Positions 47,919 through 58,095 of a stretch of DNA of 64,000 bases are shown in pieces (positions within the stretch are counted from its first letter, which is position 1; every line of letters begins with the position of its first letter). The stretch covers positions 4,000,001 to 4,064,000 of the forward strand of contig CP051526.1 of the NCBI GenBank assembly GCA_050916045.1, in the 5' to 3' direction. A program made the translations under genes and the position numbers. The stretch comes from Tepidisphaera sp. Its GTDB lineage: Bacteria; Planctomycetota; Phycisphaerae; Phycisphaerales; UBA1924. The notes beneath the pieces are model-generated. The model worked only from the letters and a program-made list of their open reading frames with translations, was not told the DNA's origin and did no database searches.

Positions 47919-48194
47919 CACCCGCCGAGCCTCCCAGGGCCGGGCCCAGATGCCACTCCACCATCACAAACACCTCCTCCCGCGACAACCTCAAGCCACT
48001 CGCTTTCCCAACTCCCGGCGCGTCTGACATGATCGCGCCGTTTCTGCCGATTCTGACGGCGCACCCGAACACAACACCCACAAAGCGGGTAATACCAGCC
48101 GCGGCGATGCGGACCTGCGGAAATCCAACCCGCATTTCAGCCCCCGACGCCCCGCCTCGCCGATAATCAGCCGTTCGCACTCGGAGCCCCCTGA

Positions 48195-49547
48195 ATGTCC
48201 CCGATGTCCGCCATCTTCGCCGCCGCAGTCGCCCTTCTGGCGGTATGGGGTTTCCTCGCCTCCCTCACGCGCCCGACCAAAGCGTGGATGATCGTCGTGG
48301 TCATGGTCCTGTTCTCGGGCTTTGCGGTGCAGGTCGACCGCTCGGGCCAGACGAGCAACCAGACCTGGGTGCTCCAGCTTCAGCTCGCCCGGGCCCCGCT
48401 CTTCCTGGCGGCGGGGTGCCTGCTGTTCCTGGCGATGCTTGTGCACATCGGGAAAGTGCGCCTGAACTCGCTTCCGATCCAGGGCGCATTGATGCTCCTG
48501 ATCCAGGTGCTGATCTCGGTGCTCCGGTTCAATCACGAGGGCCCGGTCGCGGGTGCCCAGTCGTTCGTCTTCGCGATCGTGACGATCCTGCCGATCCTCC
48601 TGCTGCTGCCCCTGGCGCTCAAGGAGTGGGACGACTGGATGGTGATCATCCGGATGCTGGGGTTCTCGGCGGTGATCTGGGCGGGAGCGACGTTCGTGCA
48701 GGTCCTCCTCGACCACCGCCAACTGCAGGTGAACGCCCAGGAGCGCTTCACCGGCCTGCTCGGCAATCCGCAGGGCTGCGGCCTGTACATGGCGCCGCTG
48801 GTCTTCACCCTGATCTGGCTGGTGATGAACGAGCGGCTCAAGAAGCTCTGGTGGATCTGGCTGGGCACGCTCTCGATCATGGCAGCGTACTGCCTCTGGA
48901 CGGGCTCGCGAACCTGCATTCTGGTCACCGGCACCGGCACCCTTTTCGTGCTTTACTCACGCATCGGCCGGTTCGTGCTTCTCCTGCCTGTGCTCGCCGT
49001 CGTGCTCCTGGCGGGCTACCAGCTCGCCGGCTCCCTCGGCCTTTCAAGCAGCGCCGTGGAGCGGCTTGTCTCCACGCAGAACACTCGCGAAACGGTGTGG
49101 AAGATCCTGCTCGAAGACGCCTTCCAGAACCCCATCTTCGGATCGGGGTTCAACGAGACCCGCGCCAACGAGAACAGCTACCTCGTCGCTTTCGGCGCGT
49201 ACGGCGTCTTCGTCGGCACCCTCGTGCTCACGCTTCTCTTCGTCAGCATCGGGCTGATGGTCCGGCTGCTGCGCTACCGCAAGCACGTTCCGGCGCAGCA
49301 CCGCCGCATCGTCGACCTGATTCTCGCGTTCAACGTCGCGTACTTCCTGGGCGCGATGTTCGAATGGCACATCGTCTCGCGCATGGAAGGCAACATCACC
49401 TACCTGCTGATCTTCTCCGTTATGACCAAGCAGCTGATGCTCAAGGTCGACGCCGAGACCTCCACGCAGGAGCTCTTCGCCGAGGAGATCGAGCACTACG
49501 GAACGGACGACCACGAGGGGCACCAGCACCAGCCCCTGCCAAGCTGA
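48195..49547 (+). CDS. O-antigen ligase / Wzy-like polytopic membrane protein
   Basis: About 11-12 hydrophobic segments, RFTGLLGNPQ, TGSRT, RETVW..NPIFGSG..NSYL. Confidence 0.8.
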   Translation: MSPMSAIFAAAVALLAVWGFLASLTRPTKAWMIVVVMVLFSGFAVQVDRSGQTSNQTWVLQLQLARAPLFLAAGCLLFLAMLVHIGKVRLNSLPIQGALMLLIQVLISVLRFNHEGPVAGAQSFVFAIVTILPILLLLPLALKEWDDWMVIIRMLGFSAVIWAGATFVQVLLDHRQLQVNAQERFTGLLGNPQGCGLYMAPLVFTLIWLVMNERLKKLWWIWLGTLSIMAAYCLWTGSRTCILVTGTGTLFVLYSRIGRFVLLLPVLAVVLLAGYQLAGSLGLSSSAVERLVSTQNTRETVWKILLEDAFQNPIFGSGFNETRANENSYLVAFGAYGVFVGTLVLTLLFVSIGLMVRLLRYRKHVPAQHRRIVDLILAFNVAYFLGAMFEWHIVSRMEGNITYLLIFSVMTKQLMLKVDAETSTQELFAEEIEHYGTDDHEGHQHQPLPS

Positions 49548-49584
49548 CGTCCCGAGACCACAACCCTCTTCCTACTCAAAGGCT

Positions 49585-49995
49585 TCAGCCCGCGACGGCC
49601 TGATCGGTCGCTCGGGCCACCGTCCGCGTCCGCGTCCGCGGCATGTGCGTGACCCGGTGCACCGGCATGACCTGATCGTTCCGGGCCCTGGGCCGTTCCG
49701 CGACGGGCTGCGTCGCGGCCGGGACCTGCTCGACCAGCGCCGCCTCCGGCACCGGCTGCTCAATCGCCTGCTCCTCGACCCCGTGCGATTGCGAGCCACG
49801 GTCGATCCGCCACGCCGCCCACGCCAGAACCGGGAGGACCTGCAACGCGATCACCGCCGCAAGCGGGCCTGTCGCAAGCCTGGCCGCCACGCCCGGCGAG
49901 GTCACCTTGAAAAGCAGCACCCACCCGAGCCCCACCGCGCTCAGCCCCACTGTCACCAGCAACAACCGGCGACCAACACCCGTCACACGAATCAT
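49585..49995 (-). CDS. hypothetical membrane protein
   Basis: Two hydrophobic helices then a charged tail; AAGGGA upstream of ATG 49995. Confidence 0.5.
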   Translation of the reverse strand: MIRVTGVGRRLLLVTVGLSAVGLGWVLLFKVTSPGVAARLATGPLAAVIALQVLPVLAWAAWRIDRGSQSHGVEEQAIEQPVPEAALVEQVPAATQPVAERPRARNDQVMPVHRVTHMPRTRTRTVARATDQAVAG

Positions 49996-50261
49996 GCGCT
50001 CATGTCCCTTCACGAACCGGGCCCCCCGCCCAACCGCCATCCTTGGCGGATTGCTCCCGACCCCCGCCTGACGCCAGACGGATCCCGAGAACCGAGGGGC
50101 CGCAGCATAGGGCATATCACCTACAGCGTGCCCGGGGAAAGTGACAGAATCCGAACACACTGCGACAATCCCAAAGATTCCCATGGGACCACCGACGTGT
50201 TGACGGTCCGAGGCTTGCCCGGTTTGTCACCCGGCCTTGGTTCCGTTATTGTCCTCCCAAC

Positions 50262-52943
50262 TTGAAGATCACGCCCCACCTCAACGCGTCGCCCGTCCCG
50301 TCCCGCACCGTCCGCGCGGGCGGTCTTGCTCGACCGGCTTGGGCGACCCCCGCGGCAATCGCCGCTCTGGCGGGCATGGCCTGGGCCGGCGCCGCCGCCG
50401 CGCAGTCCGGCACCGCGAACCCGCCGCCGGTTTCCAGCACGCAGCCGGACTCCTTCGACGGTCGACCGATCCGCGAGGTCGTCGTCCGCCAGCCCGCGCC
50501 CCGGGCGGTGGCCGCCGGCGACCCCGCGAGCCAGGACCCCGGGTTCACCGCTCTGGACGCGACGCTCGAGCAGTTGGTGCTCAACCAGATCCGCTCGCGT
50601 CCCGGCTCGCCCTATAGCCGCGAAGAGATCTCCTCGGACATCACGCGGATCAACCGTCTGGCCCGCTTCAAGCAGGTGGACGTGCGGGCGCAGCTTCTCG
50701 AGGACGGCTCGGTCCGCTTGTTCTACACCGTCCTGCCCCAGAACATCATCGCGGACGTGCAGCTCGCGGGGAACAAGATCTTCTCCGACACGGACATCGC
50801 CAAGGAGGTCGACATCCTCGTCGGCACACCCATCGACGAGTGGGAGCTTGATCGCGCCGCGCGGCGCATCGAAGCCGTCTATCGCGCCAAGGGGTACTAC
50901 CTCGCCGCCGTCCGGGTGAACCGCGAGGAACTGGCCAAAGCCAACGTCGTGCTCTTCGAGATCACTGAGGGCGAACGCACCCGCGTCCGCAAGATCCGGT
51001 TCGACGGCAACAAGTCGTTCACCGAGTCCGAGCTCCGCAAGGACATCAAGACGCGCGAGTACTTCTGGCCGCTCGAATCCGGCCCGCTCGATACCGACGC
51101 TCTGGAAGCCGACTCGGCGATCATCCGCAACTACTACCGCGACCGCGGATACCTCAACGCCCGCGTCGACCACTCCGTCCAGACCTCGCCGGACTCCAAG
51201 GAAGCGACCGTCACCTTCATCATCGACGAGGATGTCCCCTACACCCTCCGCAACGTCGAGGTCGAGTTCGCCGAGCTTCGCGACACCTTCGCGACCGAAG
51301 CCGAAGCCCGCGAGTTCGCCGGCCCCGCCGGCTTCATCGAACCCTTCAACGACGGTCCGCAGAAGAAGTTCCGCGCCGTCCGCCCGGGCCCGCTCTCAAC
51401 CGAGCAGATCATGGGCCACATGTTCATCAAGCCCGGCGACGTCTACTCCGCCGACCTGCTCGAAAAGAGCTCCCAAGCCATCATCGAAGCCCTCGGCAAG
51501 CTCGGGTACTGCGGCGACCCCGACGCGCCCTCCACGCCCGACCCCCAGCTCTCAAGCCAGGTCCGCATCATCCGCCGCGACCTCCGCGACGAGAAGCAGC
51601 CGTTCGTCGACGTGCTCGTCGTGATCCGCGGCGTCAAGCAGCCGTACAAGGTCGGCGAGCTTCGCATCGTCGGCAACGACATCACCCAGGACAAGGTCAT
51701 CCGCCGCGAGATCGCTCTCGAGCCCGGACGACCCCTCGACGGTTCGCAGGTCGAGTTCACACAGAAGAAGATCGAGCGAACCCAGCTCTTCGCGCCCGGC
51801 TCGGTCAAGATCACGCTTCAGAAGCCCGACCCCGAGGAGCCCGAGTACCGGGACGTGCTCGTCACGGTCCAGGAAACCAACACGGGCGCGGTGATCGTCG
51901 GCGGCATCATCGGCTCCGACGGCGGAGCCACGGCGCAGATCACGTTCCGCCAGCGGAACTTTGACGTCGCCGACACGCCCGACACCTTCAGCGAGCTTTT
52001 CGCCGGTCGCGCGTTCCGCGGCGCCGGACAGGTCTTCTCCGTCGACGTCCTCCCCGGCAACGTCACCCAGACGTACCAGATCTCCCTCTCCGAGCCCAAC
52101 CTCTTCGAAACCAACACCGGAGCCGGCATCGCCGCGTACTACAAAGCCCGCGACTACCGCGAGTACGACGAGCAGCGCCTCGGTACCCAGATCAACGTCA
52201 CCCGCCGCCTCGGCGACCGCTGGAACCTCTCCGCGCCAATCCGCATCGAGCAAGCCGAACTCAACGACATCGAGCCCGACAGCCCCGTCGACTACTTCGC
52301 GGTTCAGGATCCCAACGTCCTCACCACCGCCGGCATCACCCTCACGCGGACGACCCTCGACGACCCGATCATCCCTTCCAAAGGCAACAAGCTTCAGTTC
52401 GGGTTCGAGCAAGCCGGGCTGCTCGGCGGCGATTTCACCTACACCGTCCTCGCCGCCGAAGCGGGCATCTACATCCCGCTTTACGAGGACTTCTTCGGCC
52501 GCCGCACCGTGCTTTCGCTTCAGGCCAAGACCCGGTACATCCCGCAGGATGTGTCTGACGTGCCGGTCTTCGAGCGGTTCTACCTGGGCGGTTCGAACAT
52601 GCGCGGCTTTGGCTTCCGAACGGTCTCCCCGCGCGGCATCCGCGCCGACAACGGGCAGATCGGCGACGACCCCGTCGGCGGCATCTTCTCGTTCAACCAG
52701 ACCACCGAAGTCAAGCAGCCGATCTACGAGGACACGCTCGCGCTGGTCGCGTTCGCCGACTCGGGCACGGTGAACAACGCCGTTTCCCTCGCCAACTACA
52801 GGCTTTCGGTGGGCGTGGGCATCCGTCTCAAGGTCGAAGCCCTCAGCCCGATCCCCCTCGCGTTCGACTTCGGCTTCCCCATCGTCAAGGAGGACGGGGA
52901 CCGCGACCGCATCTTCACGTTCAACGTCGACATCCCGTTCTGA
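50262..52943 (+). CDS. bamA: outer membrane protein assembly factor BamA/Omp85
   Basis: POTRA repeats (GNKIFSD, GNKSFTESEL, YRDRGY, GNDITQDKVIRRE), ERFYLGGSNMRGF, C-terminal Phe. Confidence 0.9.
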   Translation: MKITPHLNASPVPSRTVRAGGLARPAWATPAAIAALAGMAWAGAAAAQSGTANPPPVSSTQPDSFDGRPIREVVVRQPAPRAVAAGDPASQDPGFTALDATLEQLVLNQIRSRPGSPYSREEISSDITRINRLARFKQVDVRAQLLEDGSVRLFYTVLPQNIIADVQLAGNKIFSDTDIAKEVDILVGTPIDEWELDRAARRIEAVYRAKGYYLAAVRVNREELAKANVVLFEITEGERTRVRKIRFDGNKSFTESELRKDIKTREYFWPLESGPLDTDALEADSAIIRNYYRDRGYLNARVDHSVQTSPDSKEATVTFIIDEDVPYTLRNVEVEFAELRDTFATEAEAREFAGPAGFIEPFNDGPQKKFRAVRPGPLSTEQIMGHMFIKPGDVYSADLLEKSSQAIIEALGKLGYCGDPDAPSTPDPQLSSQVRIIRRDLRDEKQPFVDVLVVIRGVKQPYKVGELRIVGNDITQDKVIRREIALEPGRPLDGSQVEFTQKKIERTQLFAPGSVKITLQKPDPEEPEYRDVLVTVQETNTGAVIVGGIIGSDGGATAQITFRQRNFDVADTPDTFSELFAGRAFRGAGQVFSVDVLPGNVTQTYQISLSEPNLFETNTGAGIAAYYKARDYREYDEQRLGTQINVTRRLGDRWNLSAPIRIEQAELNDIEPDSPVDYFAVQDPNVLTTAGITLTRTTLDDPIIPSKGNKLQFGFEQAGLLGGDFTYTVLAAEAGIYIPLYEDFFGRRTVLSLQAKTRYIPQDVSDVPVFERFYLGGSNMRGFGFRTVSPRGIRADNGQIGDDPVGGIFSFNQTTEVKQPIYEDTLALVAFADSGTVNNAVSLANYRLSVGVGIRLKVEALSPIPLAFDFGFPIVKEDGDRDRIFTFNVDIPF

Positions 52944-52944
52944 C

Positions 52945-53490
52945 ATGCTTCCCAAAGCTCTCTGGAATCCGATCGGCGCGAAACTGCTGCGGCTCACGTT
53001 CCACAACTGGTACGGCGTTCGCCGCCGCATCCTCCGCGCCTGGGGCGCGAACCTGGCCGACGCGACGCGGATCCGGGCTTCCGCCCGCATCTCCGCACCG
53101 TGGAACCTCACGATGGGCGAGGAATCATCCATCGGCAACGGCGCCGTGATCCAAGCCGATGCCCCGATCACCATTGGCCGCTTCGTCACCATCAGCCAGC
53201 ACGCGACCCTCTTCGCGGCGGCCATGGGCCCCGGCGCTGAGCTTTACGCCAAGAGTGCCGGCCCCGCGCCGATCACGATCGACGACGATGCATGGATCTC
53301 GACCGACGCTTTCGTTGGCCCGGGTGTGCACGTCGCCGAAGGGGCGCTCCTGGGAAGCAAGGGCACCGCGTTCCACGACCTCAAGCCGTGGACCATCTAC
53401 GGCGGCGACCCCGCCAAAGCTCTCAAAGCCCGCCCACCCGTCATCGAGCGGCAGAAGCAAGCGGAGCCGTCCGCCCCGCCCACCCCGTGA
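52945..53490 (+). CDS. WcaF-like hexapeptide acetyltransferase
   Basis: PWNLTMG, ITIGRFVTISQ, ITIDDDAWI, PWTIYGGDPAK. Confidence 0.8.
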   Translation: MLPKALWNPIGAKLLRLTFHNWYGVRRRILRAWGANLADATRIRASARISAPWNLTMGEESSIGNGAVIQADAPITIGRFVTISQHATLFAAAMGPGAELYAKSAGPAPITIDDDAWISTDAFVGPGVHVAEGALLGSKGTAFHDLKPWTIYGGDPAKALKARPPVIERQKQAEPSAPPTP

Positions 53491-54922
53491 CCCGCTCGAG
53501 CATCGAAGCGGCTCGCAGAAGCGCGCTCTCGCCGAATGCCGGACCGATCAACTGCACCCCGATCGGAAGCGGGCCATCCACCGGCACCGTCACCGCCGGA
53601 AGCCCGGCGAGATTGACCGGCACGGTGTACGCATCCTCGAGGTACATCGCGAGTGGGTCCGTCGTCTTCTCGCCAAGCCGGAACGCGGGCCCGGGGCTCG
53701 CGGGCATCATGATGACGTGGCACGCGGGGCCATTCTCCGCGAACACCGCGTCGAAATCGCCCTTGATCTTCCGCCTGGCTTTCATCGCCGTCGCGTAGTA
53801 CGCGTCGTAGTACCCGCTCGAAAGCACGTGCGTCCCCAGCATGATCCGCTTCTTGACCTCGGGGCCGAAACCCTCGGCTCTGCTCTTGCAGTAAAGCTCC
53901 ATCAGGCCCTCGCCGGGCCCGAGCAACGCCCGCTTGCCGTACCGCACGCCGTCGAACCGCGCGAGGTTTGAACTCGCTTCCGCCGTCGCGACGATGTAGT
54001 AGGCCGCGATCGCGTAGTCGATCGTCGGGAGCTCGATGTCGATGATCGTCGCGCCCTGCTGCTGGTAGATGGACAGGGCTTTCTCCAAAGCCATGGTCAC
54101 CCGCGGGTCGTTCGCCGAGCTTCGGGCCTGCGTAGGCACGCCGATCCGCAAACCCGCGATCGGCTGACCGCACTCCGCCGCGTAGTTCGGCACCGGACGC
54201 GTGCTGCTCGTCGCGTCGTGCCCATCGGTGCCCGAAATCGCGGCAAGCGAAGAAGCCGCGTCGGCGACGCTCCGCGTCAGAGTTCCGATCTGGTCCAAGC
54301 TGCTCGCGTATGCGATCAGGCCGTACCGGCTGACGCGGCCGTACGTGGGCTTGAGCCCGACGACGCCGCAGTGCGAAGCCGGCTGGCGGATTGACCCACC
54401 GGTGTCGCTTCCGAGGGCCACGGGCACGATCCCCGCCGCGACCGCCGCGGCCGAGCCCGACGAACTGCCGCCCGGGACACGCTCGGCATCCCACGGGTTG
54501 CGCGTGGGGCCGAACGCGGAGTTCTCGCCCGAGCTTCCCATTCCGAACTCGTCCATGTTCGTCTTGCCGATGATCACGGCTCCGGCATCGACAAGCCGCT
54601 TGACCGCCGTCGCGGAAAACGGCGAGCGATACTCGGCCAGAAGCTTGCTTGCGGCGGTGGTGTTGCCGGCGTCAAAGCAGATGTTGTCCTTGATGGCGAC
54701 GGGCACACCGAGCAGCGGAAGCCGCTCGGCCGCCGCGCGGTCGCTCGCGATCATCGCGTCGAGCTCGGATGCTTGGGCGACCGCTTCGTCGCCAAGCACC
54801 TGCAGGAACGCGCCCAGCGGCTTCGAAGCTTCCGCGGCGGCGATGGCTTCCCGCGCCGCCGCGACGCAGGAGGTTTTGCCAGCAAGGATGCGTTTCCGGA
54901 TCTCGTGAGCGGTCGCGGTCAT
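53441..54922 (-). CDS. gatA: Asp/Glu-tRNA amidotransferase subunit A
   Basis: [57 protein letters not shown]. Confidence 0.96.
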   Translation of the reverse strand: MTATAHEIRKRILAGKTSCVAAAREAIAAAEASKPLGAFLQVLGDEAVAQASELDAMIASDRAAAERLPLLGVPVAIKDNICFDAGNTTAASKLLAEYRSPFSATAVKRLVDAGAVIIGKTNMDEFGMGSSGENSAFGPTRNPWDAERVPGGSSSGSAAAVAAGIVPVALGSDTGGSIRQPASHCGVVGLKPTYGRVSRYGLIAYASSLDQIGTLTRSVADAASSLAAISGTDGHDATSSTRPVPNYAAECGQPIAGLRIGVPTQARSSANDPRVTMALEKALSIYQQQGATIIDIELPTIDYAIAAYYIVATAEASSNLARFDGVRYGKRALLGPGEGLMELYCKSRAEGFGPEVKKRIMLGTHVLSSGYYDAYYATAMKARRKIKGDFDAVFAENGPACHVIMMPASPGPAFRLGEKTTDPLAMYLEDAYTVPVNLAGLPAVTVPVDGPLPIGVQLIGPAFGESALLRAASMLERVTGWAGRTAPLASAAR

Positions 54923-55239
54923 GCCCCGCCCCCATCCCCGATCACCTTGGGCACGCTGATGAAGGGCCCGATCGACGCCGGAGCAAGCTTCTTGACCGTC
55001 TCGACCGGCAGGGCTTGGCCCGGCTCGTCGCTCCGAAGCCGATTCCCCTCGCCCTCGGACACGTGGGCCAAAGGCTCGACCCCCGCGAGATCAAGCTCCC
55101 GCAACCGGTCCATGTACCCCAGCACCGCCGACATCGAGACGCGGGCCGCTTCCATCTCGGCGGGCGACAACGCCAGCCGCGCGAGTTTCGCGACCTTCGC
55201 CACTTCGGCCGCGGTCAGTTGAGCCTTCAAATCCGACAT
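54919..55239 (-). CDS. gatC: Asp/Glu-tRNA amidotransferase subunit C
   Basis: EVAKVAKLARLAL, LDLAGVEPLAH, LRSDEP, VPKVI; ATGA overlap with gatA. Confidence 0.92.
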   Translation of the reverse strand: MSDLKAQLTAAEVAKVAKLARLALSPAEMEAARVSMSAVLGYMDRLRELDLAGVEPLAHVSEGEGNRLRSDEPGQALPVETVKKLAPASIGPFISVPKVIGDGGGA

Positions 55240-55273
55240 GAGCGGAGTGTACCCGGCCGACCAATGATCGCGT

Positions 55274-55990
55274 ATGGGTTGGCTCCGGCACATCCAGACG
55301 CCGACGTGCACGCTCTTCTGCGGGCTCGTGGCGGCCGCGAGTTTCGCTTCACTCCCTCGCGGAGGGGGGATCCTCGACCGTTCCGCGTTGAAAGCGGCGC
55401 TGTTCCCGCCGCGTGGAGTTGCAGCGCATCCGCAGCTTGAGACGTGGTACGTCAAGCGGGCCGACTCCGCGTGGAGTGTGCTCGCGACTCCCGCCGACAG
55501 CGCGGATGAGCTCAGCCGGGAGATCGCGATGGACCCGGCGAGCGTTGCCGTGGTGACCGTTTCCCAGTGGAGCATCGCAGAGGGCCTGTACGCACCGACG
55601 GCTCGAACAAGGACGACTCGAGTTCGCGCCGCTTTCGCGAGCGGCGTGGAGCTTGAACCCAGCGAGTTGCGAGCGGCTGTGGTTCTTCTGGAGCAACACG
55701 GCCGGACGATCGCCCATCCTCAAAGCTTGGGATACGAAAGAGGTGAAGCCAGGTCCGAGGGCCGATCGATCCTCTGGGCCGGCGTGGGCCACAATGCGCT
55801 GGCTTTGGTGGCTTGGCTCCTGCTCCCTCTCTCGCTGGCTTGGATCCCGCGCACGATTCGCGATGTCCGCGAGCGCCAGCGGCTCCTCGCAGGCCTCTGC
55901 CCCGGCTGCGGCTACGACCGTCGCGCGACGCTACCGACCGCCGCCTGCCCCGAATGCGGCCGAGCAGGCGCAACGACAACGCCAACTTGA
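55274..55990 (+). CDS. hypothetical membrane protein with C-terminal zinc ribbon
   Basis: Hydrophobic helix followed by CPGCGYDRRATLPTAACPECG. Confidence 0.65.
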   Translation: MGWLRHIQTPTCTLFCGLVAAASFASLPRGGGILDRSALKAALFPPRGVAAHPQLETWYVKRADSAWSVLATPADSADELSREIAMDPASVAVVTVSQWSIAEGLYAPTARTRTTRVRAAFASGVELEPSELRAAVVLLEQHGRTIAHPQSLGYERGEARSEGRSILWAGVGHNALALVAWLLLPLSLAWIPRTIRDVRERQRLLAGLCPGCGYDRRATLPTAACPECGRAGATTTPT

Positions 55991-56038
55991 CCTGACGCCA
56001 AGCCTTCCCTCTGTAACTCTGTGATGAGCTTCTATGCC

Positions 56039-56419
56039 TTACGCCGCCGAAGCCGCCGCCAGCGGCCGCGTCAGCGACACCGCCGCCAGCGACCCGCCGC
56101 GCGACGACGCCGAGACCCGCACGACGCGGGCCCAGACAAACTCGTCGCTCTTGAGCACGCCCACGCCCGACCGGCCGATCGCCACGTCGACCATGTCGCC
56201 CACCGCCAGCGGCCTGTCCGCCGGCAACTCCAGCAACACCCCGCCGTCGGACAAGTCCCGCGTCCGGGCCGCGATGTACCGCCAACTGCCGCGATGGAAC
56301 ACCTTGGCGGGCTGATCAATCGCCGCACGCGCGTGCTGGCGACGCTCCGAACCGTCCCCGGTCACGCCCCCGTCAACTTCCACAGACCCAACACCCAAAC
56401 CATCATTCTTCGTCTTCAT
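56039..56419 (-). CDS. PilZ domain protein
   Basis: ERRQHAR (RxxxR) and DLSDGG (DxSxxG) c-di-GMP motifs. Confidence 0.85.
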   Translation of the reverse strand: MKTKNDGLGVGSVEVDGGVTGDGSERRQHARAAIDQPAKVFHRGSWRYIAARTRDLSDGGVLLELPADRPLAVGDMVDVAIGRSGVGVLKSDEFVWARVVRVSASSRGGSLAAVSLTRPLAAASAA

Positions 56420-56526
56420 ACGTTCAATACATCGGCCCGATGGGCCCCGATACCTTTCCAGACAGGACAAATAACCGCCCGCGGACCTGTTCCGAGGGCT
56501 CAACTCACATGAATTTGATCTGATTT

Positions 56527-57885
56527 TCAGGCCACCATCCCCGCAAAGCACGTGACCAGGGTCATCCCCTGCTGGTCCATCGCGCCCGCGTAGTTGAAAA
56601 TCTCAACCTCGCTGGCATCCAGGACCTTCATCGTCGCGGCGAGATTTCCCACCGAGCACCAGCGCGTCTGGTTCTGCTGCCACGCCATGCTCGCGATGAC
56701 TTCATCGATCTTCCCGTCGCGGATCATGCCCAGAAGCTCCTGGTCGTGCATGATGACCTTCTGGCGGAACTCCTGAACCTGCGGCTCTTCGCCCGCGAGC
56801 GCGACTTGGTCGCCGAACGCGGGGCCGACGTGCGACAGGTCCGCCGAGGAGATGATGAGTGTCCGACCGGGAAGCTTGGCGAGCGCGGCTTTCAAAGCCG
56901 CGACGAACGCGTCGAGGCTCACGCCCTTGCCGTCGTAGCTTTCACCACCGTTGACGACCGGGTCGTGGACGAGCGCGGCAAAGATCTTGGGCGAAGCGGA
57001 GCCGTCGCCGAAGGTGTGCTGGATCCACGGGATGTGGAGTTCGATCGAGTGCTCGCGCTCATGGTCGTACCGGTTCGCGAACAGAGCGTCGCCCAAGCTG
57101 GCTTTCAGCTGAGCGATGAGTTCCTGGTCGACCAGGCAGGCGCCAAGCGGGGATTCAAACCCCTTGTCGCAGCCGACGACGCCCGTGCCCTCGCCGAAGT
57201 GATTTGTGCCCAGAATCACAACGCGGTCGGGAGCGTCCAGTCCCTTCAGGCGGCCGTAGGCGTGGGCGTAGTTCAGCCAGCCGCGGGAGTAGTCCAGGTG
57301 CGGAGCGATGATCGCCCGCGGGAGCGACTCGACCGTCGGGTTCCCCTCGTTCTCCATCGCTTGCTGGATGCACTGGTCGAAGAAGCCCTTGAGCTTGGCC
57401 GCACCCTTCGATGCCCGCTCCTCGTCGCTCATCCCGGCGAAAGCCTCCTCGCCGACCTCCTGCTGGAGCAGGGCGTCGGCGAACTGGCCCGTCGCGGCTG
57501 GCGGGAGCGTCGGAGAAGAGTCAAAGTCCGCCCGCATCTTGGCGAGCATCTGGTCGAACGTGGGGCCGTAAAGCAGCCCGGCTTCGTCGAGCTGGGCGAT
57601 CAGGGGCTCCACGATCGGGCGGGTGAGCCCGCGACCGACCTGGGCCACGATCTCATCCACCGTCCGCGATCCGTCCATCATCGGAAGGACGATCTGGAAC
57701 GCCGGGCTGGTCATGACCATCTTGTCAGAGATCTGCTTGGCATCCGCCAGACCCATCGCCTGCTGCTCGCCGATGGTGGCCGGGAAAGCCCGGACCGGCC
57801 GGAGCTTGGGGCGGTTCTGGTGGGGGGCGGCGGGGTTGAAAACTGGCTGGGGGGGGCGGGGAGGCTGGCCGGGCTGCATACTCAT
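56527..57885 (-). CDS. MEMO1 family (AmmeMemoRadiSam protein B) with N-terminal extension
   Basis: IIAPHLDY, ILGTNH, HEREHSIELHIPW, ISSADLSHVG. Confidence 0.85.
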   Translation of the reverse strand: MSMQPGQPPRPPQPVFNPAAPHQNRPKLRPVRAFPATIGEQQAMGLADAKQISDKMVMTSPAFQIVLPMMDGSRTVDEIVAQVGRGLTRPIVEPLIAQLDEAGLLYGPTFDQMLAKMRADFDSSPTLPPAATGQFADALLQQEVGEEAFAGMSDEERASKGAAKLKGFFDQCIQQAMENEGNPTVESLPRAIIAPHLDYSRGWLNYAHAYGRLKGLDAPDRVVILGTNHFGEGTGVVGCDKGFESPLGACLVDQELIAQLKASLGDALFANRYDHEREHSIELHIPWIQHTFGDGSASPKIFAALVHDPVVNGGESYDGKGVSLDAFVAALKAALAKLPGRTLIISSADLSHVGPAFGDQVALAGEEPQVQEFRQKVIMHDQELLGMIRDGKIDEVIASMAWQQNQTRWCSVGNLAATMKVLDASEVEIFNYAGAMDQQGMTLVTCFAGMVA

Positions 57886-58095
57886 TGGGGGCACTGTAGG
57901 GGGTCCGAACCGTCCTCCCCGGTCCCGCAGGCTGTCGGTTGGACCCAACCGGCCGACCCGCCTAGCATCTCGGCCCGTCGGAGTGGGTCCGCGGGCGAAC
58001 ATCGGGCGAACGAAGTTTCCTCCCGCGGCAATCAGGGTTGCCACGGCCACCGGGAACCCAGCTCTCCGAGGCAACTTACGCAAGGTATGGCTGTT

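Noticed and set aside
49549..50093. Near-direct repeat GTCCCGAGACC / ATCCCGAGAACC around the small membrane protein gene
   Set aside because: Short, imperfect and in direct orientation; likely chance.
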